A DNA stretch of 64,000 bases from Candidatus Latescibacterota bacterium (GCA_965215195.1 CBDCDC010000002.1:2688001-2752000); one strand, 5' to 3'. Shown: positions 17,045 through 27,416, counted from the first letter of the stretch. Made by a program: numbers and translations. The notes: a model not told the origin generated them from the sequence alone.

Positions 17045-19567
17045 GTGAGCATTCCCTTAAAAGTAGTAGAGAGCGCGGGCATTACCCGGCGAAAGTACCC
17101 CCTGACAAGGGGCGTCCCCCTGCCCCAAGGTGCCGTAGTAGAGGTGGAACACCTGTCTTTGCAGGACGCACAGGACCGAGATGTCCCGGTGCAGGTGCGG
17201 GTCTTGGGCCGCTGGCCGGACGAGAGCGCGAAGTGGGTCTTGTTAGACTTTCAGGCCGATGTGGAAGCCGGCCAAGAGGCCGTGTACACCCTGCAGTACA
17301 CAAAGAACAAAAAAGCCGCGGCGAGCGTCCTCGGCGTGGAAATCGCCGAGCGGGAAGATCGCTTTGAGGTGTGTACTGGCCCCCTGCGCTTTGGCATTGG
17401 CAAAAAGGCATTTGCGCTTTTTGACGGGGTAGTGCTAGGGCAGCGAGCCGAAGAGTCGTTTGTCGCCGAAGTAGAAGTCGCACCTCGGGGGGGCGGTGAC
17501 GCTTGGGCCAAGATCTCCGAGTCTGAATTCGCCGGAGGAACGCAGCGGCGCATCTACGGGATGGGGGGCACGTGTCTGGCGTCAGAGGGCGTGGAGGAGT
17601 ACGCCGTTGAGATCGAAGAGGCCGGTCCCTTGCGGGCGGTGATTTGCTGCCGAGGGGCCTACGAGTCAACCGCGCCCATGCACCACTACACAGGCTATCG
17701 CCCGCTGCGCTTTGCGACCCGGATCTACGCCTATGCCGGCAAGGCGCAGGTGCGGGTGGTACACACAGTTGTAGCCACCTGCAATCCGCGCGAGACCGAA
17801 GTGGAGGAACTGGGCTTGCGCGTCCCGCTCTTGCCCGCAGGCAGCGGCAGTTGGCGCGTTGGGGCCGGGCGGGTCATGGCGGGGCCTTGGGTGGCCGGGC
17901 GTTACGCACTGCTCTCACAGCGGCTGGACAATCACTTCTATTGGGAGGAGTACGAGGGCATTGAGCGCACCGTGCGGGCCGAGGGCGAGCGCGCGGCCGG
18001 CTGGATTTGCGCCGAGAACGACCGCGCTGGCGCTGGCGTTGCGCTGCGCTACATGGCCGAGGAGTATCCCAAGGCCCTCGGCGTTGGTGCCCAAGGCATT
18101 GACGTCTTTTTTTGGCGCGACCCAGAGGGCCGGCGGCTCAGCTTCAAACGCTACGCCGAAGAGGTGGCTTGGCACGAGGGCGAAGGGGTCTATGCCGACG
18201 GCACGGGCACGGCGAAGAGCAGCGAGTTTTTCGTCGATTTTTTTCGCGCCGGGTCCGCCGACGGCGAGCGGTTGCAGGGCCTTTTGCACCCACCACAGGT
18301 GAGCGTTGCGCCGGATTGGGTGGTGCGAAGCGGGGCAGTAGGCGGCTTGGCAACCGGCGCGGGGTTCCCGCGCTCGGACCGCATGTTGACGGGCTTTGTC
18401 GCTTGGATGGAAAGACACATCGAGCACTATCGCTGGAAGGGTTTTTTCGATTGGGGCGACGTGATGGCCACTTGGGAAGAGCGCGCCGGGGGCTGGCGCT
18501 TCAAGGGCCGCTGGGGTTGGTGCAACAGCGAATGGGATCCGCGCCACGCCGTGTGGTTGCAGTACTTGCGCACGGGCGCGGGGCGCTATTACGCGCTCGG
18601 CGAGGCCATGACCCGGCACTCGCTGGACGTAGATACCTGTCACTATCACCCATTTCGGCCCTACATGGTCGGCGGCTGTTTCCGCCACAGCATGGACCAC
18701 TTTGGCGACGAGCCGTGCGCTTCGCACACCTTCATCGACAATTGGGTGGATTACTACTACTTGAGCGGCGACGAGCGGGCGCGGGAGGTCTTGCGCGAGG
18801 CCGGGGAATTTTTCCTGCGCTACCGCTGGAGCGAGGACCCTCGCTACAGCTTCAGCTTGCGCTCCATCGCCAACGCGCTGCGGGGCTTGCTCTACTTGTA
18901 CGAGCTAACCGGCGAAGCGCGCTTCATGCGCCGCGCCGAGCAAGTGTACGACGCGGTGGTGTGCGGCCAAAACGAAGACGGCAGTTGGCACAAGCGCTTC
19001 CAGATATCTACTGAGGGCAAGCTGCCCGACCAAGGGCCGTACGGCATGGCCACCGAGGGCACGACCCTTGCGGTGGAAATGGGTGCGGCGGTCCCGTTTA
19101 GCGACGAAGAATACCTCGCGCTGCGGGGGAGCTTTAGTGCATTAAAGCGGGTTTTGCCCTACGAAGAGCAAAAGGGCTATCAGACTCACTATTTGATGGT
19201 CGGGCTGGAGCGGCTCCACAGGATGACCGGGCGCGCGGATGTGGCCGAGGTTTTCGTGCGCGCCGTCGATTGGTTTTGCGGCGGCAAAGGCGCGTTTGAT
19301 GCCGAGTTTGCCAAGGCCCAAAGCTACCACGGCGTACTCTGCGGCTCGCTGGCGTACGCTTGGCGGCTGACCGGGGAGCGGGCCTATCTGGAGGTAGGGC
19401 GTGCGCTGCTGGCCGAATTGATCGCCCAGCAGGACTGGAGCGACCGCCCAGATTATCGGGGTGCGGTGGCCATGCACCCGACCGCGTTGAGCTTGGTGTT
19501 CTTTGGCGTACCGTCGCTGATGGGGGCGCTTAAAGAAGCTGACCTAGAGGAGATACCCAATGACTGA
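17045..19567 (+). CDS. Exo-rhamnogalacturonan lyase-like protein (PL26/YetA-like)
   Basis: GVPLPQG, RWPDESAKW, GPLRAVI, GFFDWGD, WCNSE; AAGGAG RBS before GTG. Confidence 0.7.
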   Translation: MSIPLKVVESAGITRRKYPLTRGVPLPQGAVVEVEHLSLQDAQDRDVPVQVRVLGRWPDESAKWVLLDFQADVEAGQEAVYTLQYTKNKKAAASVLGVEIAEREDRFEVCTGPLRFGIGKKAFALFDGVVLGQRAEESFVAEVEVAPRGGGDAWAKISESEFAGGTQRRIYGMGGTCLASEGVEEYAVEIEEAGPLRAVICCRGAYESTAPMHHYTGYRPLRFATRIYAYAGKAQVRVVHTVVATCNPRETEVEELGLRVPLLPAGSGSWRVGAGRVMAGPWVAGRYALLSQRLDNHFYWEEYEGIERTVRAEGERAAGWICAENDRAGAGVALRYMAEEYPKALGVGAQGIDVFFWRDPEGRRLSFKRYAEEVAWHEGEGVYADGTGTAKSSEFFVDFFRAGSADGERLQGLLHPPQVSVAPDWVVRSGAVGGLATGAGFPRSDRMLTGFVAWMERHIEHYRWKGFFDWGDVMATWEERAGGWRFKGRWGWCNSEWDPRHAVWLQYLRTGAGRYYALGEAMTRHSLDVDTCHYHPFRPYMVGGCFRHSMDHFGDEPCASHTFIDNWVDYYYLSGDERAREVLREAGEFFLRYRWSEDPRYSFSLRSIANALRGLLYLYELTGEARFMRRAEQVYDAVVCGQNEDGSWHKRFQISTEGKLPDQGPYGMATEGTTLAVEMGAAVPFSDEEYLALRGSFSALKRVLPYEEQKGYQTHYLMVGLERLHRMTGRADVAEVFVRAVDWFCGGKGAFDAEFAKAQSYHGVLCGSLAYAWRLTGERAYLEVGRALLAELIAQQDWSDRPDYRGAVAMHPTALSLVFFGVPSLMGALKEADLEEIPND

Positions 19568-21053
19568 AAGACCCAATATCATCCTGATTATGACCGACCA
19601 ACAGCGCTTCGACACAATCGGTGCTTGGGGCTACGACTACGCGATTACGCCGGCCATGGACCGCTTGGCCGGCGAGGGGCTTTCCTTCCGCAATGCCTTT
19701 TGCCCGGGGGCGACCTGCATTGCCTCGCGGGCGGCGATTTTCACGGGTATGTACCCGCACAATACCGGCGTGTACAGCTTCGACCACTGGGCCGATCACC
19801 GCAATTGGGTGCAAGACCTCAACGACGCGGGTTATCACTGCGTCAACATTGGCAAGATGCACTTTGCTCCGCGCGATGTCGCCGGGGGCTTCCACGAGCG
19901 GGTCGTGGTGGAGAATCCCACCAGCAGGTACATCGACTCGGGTGGGGCCGACGACGATTGGGGCCGCTATTTGCGGATTCACGGCTTAGCGCGGCCCAAC
20001 GACCGCAACAAGACCGACCCCAATTGGCTGCAGAAATACCAAGGCGTCCCTTGGCACTTGGAGGAGTGCTTTCACTCGGATGTCTTTATCGGCGACTCGG
20101 CCCTTGCGTGGATCCGCGATTACAAGGGCCGAACTCCGTTTTTCTTACAGGTAGGTTTTACCGGCCCGCACGAGCCGTGGGACCCGCTGCCGAGGCATCT
20201 GGAGCAGTACGCGGGGCGTCCAATGCCCGGGCGCGTAATGCGCGAGGGCGAGTTAGAGGACAAGCCGCCCCAGCACGCGGCGCAGAGAAAGATGCACGCT
20301 GAGACCGAGCACGAGTCTGTGATCGACATGTACTCGCCCGGCGAAGAGGACATCGCCCACATGCGGCGGCACTACTACGCTAAAATCACTACGGTCGATG
20401 AGAAGCTGGGCGAGGTCCTCGATGCACTTCAGGAGCGGGGCTTTTTGGACCATAGCCTGCTGATGTTCTGCTCGGACCACGGCGAGCTATTGGGCGATCA
20501 CGGGCTGGCGTACAAATGGCTGATGTACGATCCCGTGGTACACGTGCCGCTGATTGTGCGCGACAGTCGTCTGACGCAACAGGGCCGCGCGATCGGCGAC
20601 TTGGTCTCGCTGATGGATTTGGGACCGACGATCCTAGAAGCGGCTGGCGTGGAAGTGCCCAGCTACCTAGAGGGGCGCTCGCTGCGGCCCTACTTGGAGG
20701 GGACAGCGGATTGCGCACCGCGCGAGTGGGTGTTCTGCGAGGACAACTATCAAGTGATGATGCGCGGCCAGCGGCACAAAATGGTCTATTACATCGGCCA
20801 AGAGCAGGGCGAGCTATACGACTTGGCGCAGGACCCGCACGAGTTGTGGAACCTCTGGGGCCGACCCGAGCATCAAGCGCTGCAAAACGAGCTTACGGCC
20901 CGTCTGCTCGGCTGGCTCGCCGCGAGCACTTATTACAATGCTGGCTACCGCCGCCAGCGCAGCCGGCAGTACGCGATGCGCTGGCCGCGCCCGGACGACG
21001 CGTTTTTACACGGGGCGCGGGGAAGGCCAGTGCCGCGCTCGTTTGATCTTTAG
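19560..21053 (+). CDS. Sulfatase (Cys-type)
   Basis: RPNIILIMTDQQR, CIASRAAIFTG, GKMH, SDHGE. Confidence 0.94.
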   Translation: MTERPNIILIMTDQQRFDTIGAWGYDYAITPAMDRLAGEGLSFRNAFCPGATCIASRAAIFTGMYPHNTGVYSFDHWADHRNWVQDLNDAGYHCVNIGKMHFAPRDVAGGFHERVVVENPTSRYIDSGGADDDWGRYLRIHGLARPNDRNKTDPNWLQKYQGVPWHLEECFHSDVFIGDSALAWIRDYKGRTPFFLQVGFTGPHEPWDPLPRHLEQYAGRPMPGRVMREGELEDKPPQHAAQRKMHAETEHESVIDMYSPGEEDIAHMRRHYYAKITTVDEKLGEVLDALQERGFLDHSLLMFCSDHGELLGDHGLAYKWLMYDPVVHVPLIVRDSRLTQQGRAIGDLVSLMDLGPTILEAAGVEVPSYLEGRSLRPYLEGTADCAPREWVFCEDNYQVMMRGQRHKMVYYIGQEQGELYDLAQDPHELWNLWGRPEHQALQNELTARLLGWLAASTYYNAGYRRQRSRQYAMRWPRPDDAFLHGARGRPVPRSFDL

Positions 21054-21298
21054 GTCTTATATAATCCACTACCGAACGAATAAGGGGTCGTGGGTCGCTT
21101 TGAATTTTTTGGGACGTTCTGCCTCTTTATCCGGGGACTGCAATTTCAAATATCCCTTGCTTTGTTCACTCGGCGACCATAGAATACAAGGCCATGAGAT
21201 GTTGTGTTTGTCTTTTACAGCGCGCGGCGCACCGAATACACCACCGATTCTCGACCTGCTAAAAAATGTTACGTAAGTCGTTAAAAAACAGTAATTTA

Positions 21299-21312
21299 CC
21301 CCCCCCCCCCCC
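21299..21312. repeat. Poly-C tract (C14)
   Basis: Direct reading; about 210 bp upstream of the LRR gene. Confidence 0.85.
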
Positions 21313-21320
21313 TCGAAATT

Positions 21321-21364
21321 CTGCTCAAGCACTAAAGCGCTAGATTCCCTACTGCTCAAGCACT
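21321..21364. promoter_or_regulatory. 13-bp direct repeat CTGCTCAAGCACT x2 (31-bp period), candidate operator
   Basis: Copies at 21321-21333 and 21352-21364. Confidence 0.5.
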
Positions 21365-21521
21365 GGCGACGGATCCCAAGCGGCCGTTTGGCGATCCGTC
21401 CCAACCCGCGCCGCATGTTGCCCGTGCGGCCTTCGTCTGTACGCCGTGACCGTCGTCCGCCATGGCGGCCGGTTCCTGTTCCTTTCTATCCACCCCTTTA
21501 TTTCGTAGAAGGAGGCAAACA

Positions 21522-22910
21522 ATGCCTTTATGGAAGCGAATAAACGCCCTCGGTGTCGTCGTTTTAGGCGTAGTGGTTACTTGGATGGCCTGTTCCGATC
21601 CGCCGGTCGCGCCGGTGCCGGCGGGCAAAGCCTTGGGGCAGGCCGAAGCCGATAGCACACCATCGGACGCTGCAACCGTCTCGTTTGCCGATGCCAACCT
21701 AGAGCTTGCGGTGCGGCGGACGCTGAACAAGCCGGAAGGCCCGCTGACCGCCGACGATCTGGCGTCCCTGACGAAGATCGACGTAGAACAGCAAGACGTC
21801 TCAGGTATTGAGAGCTTGGCCGGCCTCGAACACGCGACAGCGCTGGACACGCTGAACCTGTGGGGCAACCAGATTGCGGATTTGAGTCCATTGTCCGGCT
21901 TGACCCAGTTGACCCACCTGAACTTAGGGCACAATCAGGTGGCGGATGTGGGTGCGTTGGCGGGCTTGACCAATTTGAAATGGTTGAGTCTGTGGGGCAA
22001 CGAAGTGGCGGACGTGAGTCCGTTGGCAGGCTTGACGAAGCTGACCTACCTGAACCTGTGGGGCAACGCGATTGAAGCGGTGAGTGCGTTGGCGGGGTTG
22101 ACGAAGCTGATCTCGCTGGACTTGGGGCACAACGCGGTGGCGGATGTAAGTGCGTTGGATGACCTGACCCGGCTAGACTGGCTGGGCTTGGTGGATAATC
22201 CCATTCGCCAACCGGACCTCGCCGCACAGGTTCCCACCTTGATAGAAGGGGACGTCAAGGTCTCCGTCGTCCTGCCGAACCCGCAACCACCGGCTCCACC
22301 CCCGGCCCCGGCTCCACCCCCAGCCCCGGCTCCACCCCCGACTCCGGCTCCACCCCCAGCCCCGGTAGTCATCTCGTTCGCCAACGCCAAATTAGAGCAG
22401 GCGGTGCGGCTGACGCTGGGTAAACCGACAGGCGCACTTACATCCGACGATCTGGCGTCCCTAACGCGGCTTGATGCAACAGATCTAAGCATTGAGAGCG
22501 TGGCCGTCCTCGAATACGCGACGGCGCTGACTTGGCTGGACCTGTCCAGCAACGCGGCTCTTGCGGATTTGAGTCCGTTGGCGAGCCTGACCAAGTTGGA
22601 AACGCTGAGTCTGGGTAACAACACGTCCATCGGGGATGCGGGGGTGGCTTCGTTGACGAGCCTGACCAACCTGACATCTCTGACTCTGGGTGCCACGTCC
22701 ATCGGGGATGCGGGGGTGGCTTCGTTGACGAGCCTGACCAACCTGCAAACGCTGTATCTGAGTAGCACGTCCATTACGGATGTGAGTCCGTTGCTCAGTC
22801 TGACCAAGTTGAAATCGCTGTTTCTGATTAACATCCCTACCCTCAGTGCCGAGTCAATCAACACACACATCCCCGCCCTCAAAGCAGCAGGCGTTACGGT
22901 CCATCAATAA
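21522..22910 (+). CDS. Internalin-like leucine-rich-repeat lipoprotein with two LRR modules and a Pro-rich linker
   Basis: AAGGAGG RBS; signal ending WMA-C; two SFA[DN]A.LE.AVR caps; LxxLTxLxxLxLxxN repeats. Confidence 0.9.
   Translation: MPLWKRINALGVVVLGVVVTWMACSDPPVAPVPAGKALGQAEADSTPSDAATVSFADANLELAVRRTLNKPEGPLTADDLASLTKIDVEQQDVSGIESLAGLEHATALDTLNLWGNQIADLSPLSGLTQLTHLNLGHNQVADVGALAGLTNLKWLSLWGNEVADVSPLAGLTKLTYLNLWGNAIEAVSALAGLTKLISLDLGHNAVADVSALDDLTRLDWLGLVDNPIRQPDLAAQVPTLIEGDVKVSVVLPNPQPPAPPPAPAPPPAPAPPPTPAPPPAPVVISFANAKLEQAVRLTLGKPTGALTSDDLASLTRLDATDLSIESVAVLEYATALTWLDLSSNAALADLSPLASLTKLETLSLGNNTSIGDAGVASLTSLTNLTSLTLGATSIGDAGVASLTSLTNLQTLYLSSTSITDVSPLLSLTKLKSLFLINIPTLSAESINTHIPALKAAGVTVHQ
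22290..22365 (+). repeat. 18-bp tandem repeat x4 encoding PAPPP[AT]
   Basis: CCGGCTCCACCCCCRGCC units. Confidence 0.9.
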
Positions 22911-23164
22911 TGAAAACCTTCATTCTTGTAGTAGGGGTGTTTCATGTCGCTGGACGATCCGGCTGAGAAGCCCAGCGGGTGATCGACGAACACAAATGGA
23001 TGGTTCATATCGGTAACGGATGTTCCGCATCCCCGGCCTTGGCCGGGGCAGGCTCTTATGCCGCGTCTGCGGCTTGCAGCCGCCGGTCGGGTGTCATTGC
23101 CGCGCTTGGCCGGACAAGCCGGCTTCGACGTTGAGGGCCGCTGAAACGTGAAGTAGGCAGCACG

Positions 23165-23192
23165 GTAGGGCATAACGATCGTTATGCCCTAC
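23165..23192. repeat. Perfect 28-bp palindrome, GTAG-type REP-like
   Basis: GTAGGGCATAACGATCGTTATGCCCTAC between convergent genes. Confidence 0.75.
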
Positions 23193-23259
23193 TTTGCTAG
23201 ACGCGCAAGGAGCACCAACGCCTGAATGGCGCGTAACATCAGTTACTTAGCAACGCTTC

Positions 23260-24213
23260 TCAAGCACCCGCAGCGCGGGTGCGAACTTGGTCGAGGCCGA
23301 CGGCCAACAGAAGCACTGCACCGCGCGTTACGTCCTGCCAGAAGCTAGACACATCCATCAGGGTCAGTCCGTTGTTGAGGGTGCCGAGCAAGAGCACTGC
23401 CAACAAGGTGCCCCAGACCGTGCCCCGCCCCCCGAAGAGACTCGTGCCGCCCAAGATCACGGCCGCGATCACCGTCAACAGATGTTGCCCCGCCGCGTCG
23501 GGTGCGGCTGCGTAGAGCATGGCCGCGAGGATGAGACCGCTGACTGCTCCGCTGAGGCCGGAGAGGACGTAGAGGATCATCAGGGTGCGGGCGACCGGAA
23601 CGCCGACCAGCCGGCTGGCTTCGGGGTTGCTGCCGGCCGCATAGACGAAGCGGCCGAAGCGGGTCCGCGCCAAGACCCAGCCGAGCGCGCTATAAACCAG
23701 CAGCATCAGCACCAGCGGCACTGGCAACCGCAAAAGCTGGCCGCTGCCGATCCAATTGAAACCGGGTTCCATCAGCGGCTTGGTCAGCCCGCCGGTCAAG
23801 ACTAGGGCCAGCCCGCCGATGACGCTCATCGTGCCCAGCGTGGCGATCAGCGGATTGAGCCCGAGGCGCACGGCCAACAGGCCGTTGAGCAGGCCGATGC
23901 TCCCGCCCAGTGCCAGTGCGACGAGACAGGCCGCGACAATGCCGACGCCCGCGGCGTGCAGCAGCGCAACGACGACTCCGGCCAGCCCGGCGACGGCCGC
24001 CACTGACAGATCGAGGCCCCCGGCGATGATCAGGGGCGTTTGCAACGCGCACATCAAGCCGATAAAGGCCATATTGGCACCAATGCTCACCATATTGTCG
24101 AAGGACAAAAACCAAGGCGAGAGTACGCTGAAGAGCACGGCGACCAAGAGGTAGAACGCCAATAACAAGGCGACGCCGGCTCCGGGGCGATTTAGCAAGG
24201 CGGCGATACTCAT
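23260..24213 (-). CDS. Sugar ABC permease (RbsC-like)
   Basis: GGLDLSV, PLIATLG, TRFGR, AAVILGGTSLFGGRG; ATGA overlap. Confidence 0.92.
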   Translation of the reverse strand: MSIAALLNRPGAGVALLLAFYLLVAVLFSVLSPWFLSFDNMVSIGANMAFIGLMCALQTPLIIAGGLDLSVAAVAGLAGVVVALLHAAGVGIVAACLVALALGGSIGLLNGLLAVRLGLNPLIATLGTMSVIGGLALVLTGGLTKPLMEPGFNWIGSGQLLRLPVPLVLMLLVYSALGWVLARTRFGRFVYAAGSNPEASRLVGVPVARTLMILYVLSGLSGAVSGLILAAMLYAAAPDAAGQHLLTVIAAVILGGTSLFGGRGTVWGTLLAVLLLGTLNNGLTLMDVSSFWQDVTRGAVLLLAVGLDQVRTRAAGA

Positions 24214-25721
24214 CGAGGGACCTGCGCGGTCGGGGTGTGAAGCAGGTCGGCCGGGGCCGCGCCGCCGGAAAAGCGGCTGGACACCCGACCGCGGTCGAGC
24301 GCGATGGAACGGTCGCAGACGCCAGCGACTTCTTCGGCGTCCGAGGAAATCAAGAGTACGGCAAGCCCCTGTTGGGTCCACTGCCGCAGTGCCAAGTAGA
24401 GCTCGTGGCGAGCGCCCACATCCACGCCTCTAGTCGGTTCTTCGAGAATGAGCACCTTGAGGCCCTCGACCAGCCAGCGGGCCAAGCAGGCCTTTTGCTG
24501 ATTGCCGCCCGAGAGCAAGCGCAGGGGTTGGTCGAGGTGAGCGGCGCGAATCCCGAGGCGGTCGATCCAGCTTTGCGCGTGGCTTGCCTCGCGCGGCTTG
24601 GACACCGCGAACAAGCGCACGAAGCGGTCGATAAAGGGCAGGGTGATATTGGCACGGACGCCGAGGTCGGGGACGATGCCCTCGCGCTGGCGTTCGGCCG
24701 CGACAAAACCAATGCCGGCGTCGCGGCCTTGGCGCGGGTTGGTCGGGACATAGGGCACACCCCCGAGCGCAATGCGTGCGCCGGGCAGCGGACCCAGTGC
24801 GCCGTAGATGGCCCGACCGAGCTGATCAATCCCCGAGCCGAGCAGGCCGAAGACGCCGAGAATCTCGCCGCGGTGGAGCGCGAAGGACACGCGGTTGAGT
24901 GCGCCGGGCAGGCTAAGGTTTTCGACTTCCAGCGCAACCTCGCCAGTGCTTGCGCCTCGCGGCGGGTAAAGTTCGTCAACGGTGGTGCCGAGCATGGCGT
25001 CGAGGACGGTGCGCCGCGAAGCAGTGGCAGTGGCGAAGTCGCCGGCGTTTAGCCCGTCGCGGAGCACGGTGATGCGGTCGGCGATCGCAAAGACCTCGTC
25101 GAGGTAGTGGGAGATGTAGATGATGCCGATCTGCTGCGCCTTGAGCCGCTCAATGACCGCGAAAAGCGCTTGCACCTCGCGGTCGGCGAGGGCGGCGGTT
25201 GGCTCGTCCATGACGATGATCCGCGCTTGGCCGGCGAGGGCGCGGGCGATTTCCACTAGGCGCTTGTGCGGTGCGGAAAGCTGGTGTACTGGCGCGTCGG
25301 GATCGAGGTCGCAGCCGAGCCGGTCGAGCAGTGCCCGCGCTTTTGCGTACAGCGCCGGGCGATCTACCTGCTTGCCGAGCCACGAGCGTTTGAGCGGCAG
25401 GTCGGCGATGAGGATGTTTTCGGCGACCGTGAGGTCGGGCAAGACCGATACTTCCTGGGGCAAAAAGCGGACGCCGTGGGCGATGGCCTCTTCGGGCCGG
25501 TCGTAGCGCACGGCCTCGCCATCGCGGCGGACGGTGCCGGCGTCGCGCTGGTACACGCCGCAGAGGATTTTCACTAGCGTGGATTTACCCGCCCCGTTGG
25601 CGCCCAGCAGTGCTAAGACCTCCCCGGCGTCCAAGCGGAGATCGACCTCGCGCAAGACTTGGGCACTGCCGAAGGATTTGCAGATGCCCGCCATCTGCAA
25701 CAGAAGTGCGGTATGGTCCAT
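24210..25721 (-). CDS. Sugar ABC ATP-binding protein (RbsA-like)
   Basis: GANGAGKST, MDEPT, LSGGNQQK, EPTRGVDVGA. Confidence 0.94.
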   Translation of the reverse strand: MDHTALLLQMAGICKSFGSAQVLREVDLRLDAGEVLALLGANGAGKSTLVKILCGVYQRDAGTVRRDGEAVRYDRPEEAIAHGVRFLPQEVSVLPDLTVAENILIADLPLKRSWLGKQVDRPALYAKARALLDRLGCDLDPDAPVHQLSAPHKRLVEIARALAGQARIIVMDEPTAALADREVQALFAVIERLKAQQIGIIYISHYLDEVFAIADRITVLRDGLNAGDFATATASRRTVLDAMLGTTVDELYPPRGASTGEVALEVENLSLPGALNRVSFALHRGEILGVFGLLGSGIDQLGRAIYGALGPLPGARIALGGVPYVPTNPRQGRDAGIGFVAAERQREGIVPDLGVRANITLPFIDRFVRLFAVSKPREASHAQSWIDRLGIRAAHLDQPLRLLSGGNQQKACLARWLVEGLKVLILEEPTRGVDVGARHELYLALRQWTQQGLAVLLISSDAEEVAGVCDRSIALDRGRVSSRFSGGAAPADLLHTPTAQVPR

Positions 25722-25722
25722 G

Positions 25723-26895
25723 CTAGTGATCGGGGATCAACTGCTCGTAGCCGGCGAGTTCGGGCTTGTCCATCAGGGTAGCCAAGTGTGCGCCGAAGGC
25801 TTCCTGTGGGAAGACGTAGTCGAAGCTCGGTTCGCCTTGGCATTCGTAGTCGGGATAGAATTGACAGATGTTGGCTGGGCTGATCATCACATGGTTGACG
25901 GTGACCGCGGCCGGCACGTCGCGGCCAGCTAAGCGCATTAGGCTCAGCGGGATGAGATAGTTGCCGTAGCGCTCGGGGAAATAGGCGACCGAGGCGATAA
26001 AGTGCTCCTCGGCGACCATGGTCTCCAGCTCGTCGGCCCCCTTGCCTACGACCAGCGCGTCTTGGCCGCGCCCCTGCTGCTGCACAGCGCGCAACATGCC
26101 GGAGACCGACTGGTCGTTGATGGCGGTGATCAGAATCGGTGCGCCTTGGGGGATGCGGCCGAGTGCGTTGCTCATCTGTTGGAAGGAGTATTGCAGCGTG
26201 TTTTTGGTGTCGATGCGGATGATGCGCTCGGGCGGGAAGCCGGGCAGGGAGGCGAGGAAGCCGGCGAGCTGGCCCTCGGTGCGCATGGCCGGGATTGCGC
26301 CCGACTGGGGCAGCTCGCCGACGACGAAATACCCCTCTTGAAGTGCCCGATCGCCAAAGCGCGCTTTGGCTGCCTGCGCCAGATAGGAGCCGCCCATAAA
26401 GCCGGAGCGGGGGTTGTTGGCGCCGAAGTACGTAGCCCCCGGCATGGGTATGTCGATGGCGACCACCCCGATCTGCTGGCGGTTGAAGTGCTGCATGATG
26501 GCCGGGCCGAAGTTGACGTCGGTTTGGAACTCAATGCAGAAGTCAACTTGGCGGCGGGCAAAGCTCTCGGCATTGGCCAAAGCAGTCGGCCCGTCGAGCC
26601 GGTTGTCGGCGATCAGCAATTCGATGCCAGCGGCCTCGGCATTGCGCTCGATGCTCTTTTCGACCTTGATGCCAAAGCTGATGTCGCGCTGTAGGTTGGC
26701 GAAGCCAAAGACTAGGGCTTTGCCGTTTTTAGGGGGCGAGTGGTGCGCGGCTTCGGCGGCCATCGCCCGCAGAGTGTCAGGTGGAAGCGGCAGACCGTCA
26801 AAAGAAGCGGGGTCAAAGCCGTGGAAGCCTTCGCTTGATGCGGGGACCGGGGCGAGGAACAGACAAGCGAAGAGAATGAGTCGGATCGAGATCAT
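25723..26895 (-). CDS. Sugar ABC substrate-binding protein
   Basis: Signal peptide; periplasmic-binding pattern; heads the ABC operon. Confidence 0.85.
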   Translation of the reverse strand: MISIRLILFACLFLAPVPASSEGFHGFDPASFDGLPLPPDTLRAMAAEAAHHSPPKNGKALVFGFANLQRDISFGIKVEKSIERNAEAAGIELLIADNRLDGPTALANAESFARRQVDFCIEFQTDVNFGPAIMQHFNRQQIGVVAIDIPMPGATYFGANNPRSGFMGGSYLAQAAKARFGDRALQEGYFVVGELPQSGAIPAMRTEGQLAGFLASLPGFPPERIIRIDTKNTLQYSFQQMSNALGRIPQGAPILITAINDQSVSGMLRAVQQQGRGQDALVVGKGADELETMVAEEHFIASVAYFPERYGNYLIPLSLMRLAGRDVPAAVTVNHVMISPANICQFYPDYECQGEPSFDYVFPQEAFGAHLATLMDKPELAGYEQLIPDH

Positions 26896-27033
26896 AGATG
26901 CGCTTTCGTTTGGAATTGGGCTGAGAATATACGGAGCGGCTAGCGGGTGGCTCAAGGCGCGATTGCTTTTCAGGGACGATGCGGTTGGTTACTATTGAGC
27001 ACAAAGAAGCTACACAAAGAAAGGAAATATCAT

Positions 27034-27297
27034 ATGGAATTCGTTATCGTCTGGATTCTATGTGGGATTATCGGAGCGGTAGTTGCCACTAATAAGGGAC
27101 GAAGCGGTTGTGGCTGGTTTGCACTTGGCGTGTTATTTGGTCCCCTTGGTCTTGTTTTGGCTTTAGTCGTTCCTAAAAATCAGGAAGTGGTGGAAGAAAA
27201 AGCCGTTCAAAGTGGTGAGATGAAAAAGTGTCCATACTGTGCTGAACTGATAAAAACAGAAGCGGTCAAGTGCCGCTACTGTGGAGAAGAGATTTAA
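27034..27297 (+). CDS. Small membrane protein with C-terminal zinc ribbon
   Basis: Two hydrophobic segments; KKCPYCAELIKTEAVKCRYCG; low GC; AAGGA RBS. Confidence 0.8.
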   Translation: MEFVIVWILCGIIGAVVATNKGRSGCGWFALGVLFGPLGLVLALVVPKNQEVVEEKAVQSGEMKKCPYCAELIKTEAVKCRYCGEEI

Positions 27298-27344
27298 CGG
27301 AAAAAGGCTTACTACACGACACCAGCCACAGCCTTCCAAGGAGC

Positions 27345-27367
27345 GAGGGCGGGACGCCCTCAATCCC
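27345..27367. repeat. REP-like hairpin GAGGGCGGGACGCCCTC
   Basis: Same motif as inside MITE copies A and C. Confidence 0.65.
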
Positions 27368-27416
27368 GGACATAGCGGGAGTAGGTGTAGTGTACTTAGA
27401 GGAAAAGGTCTCGTGC

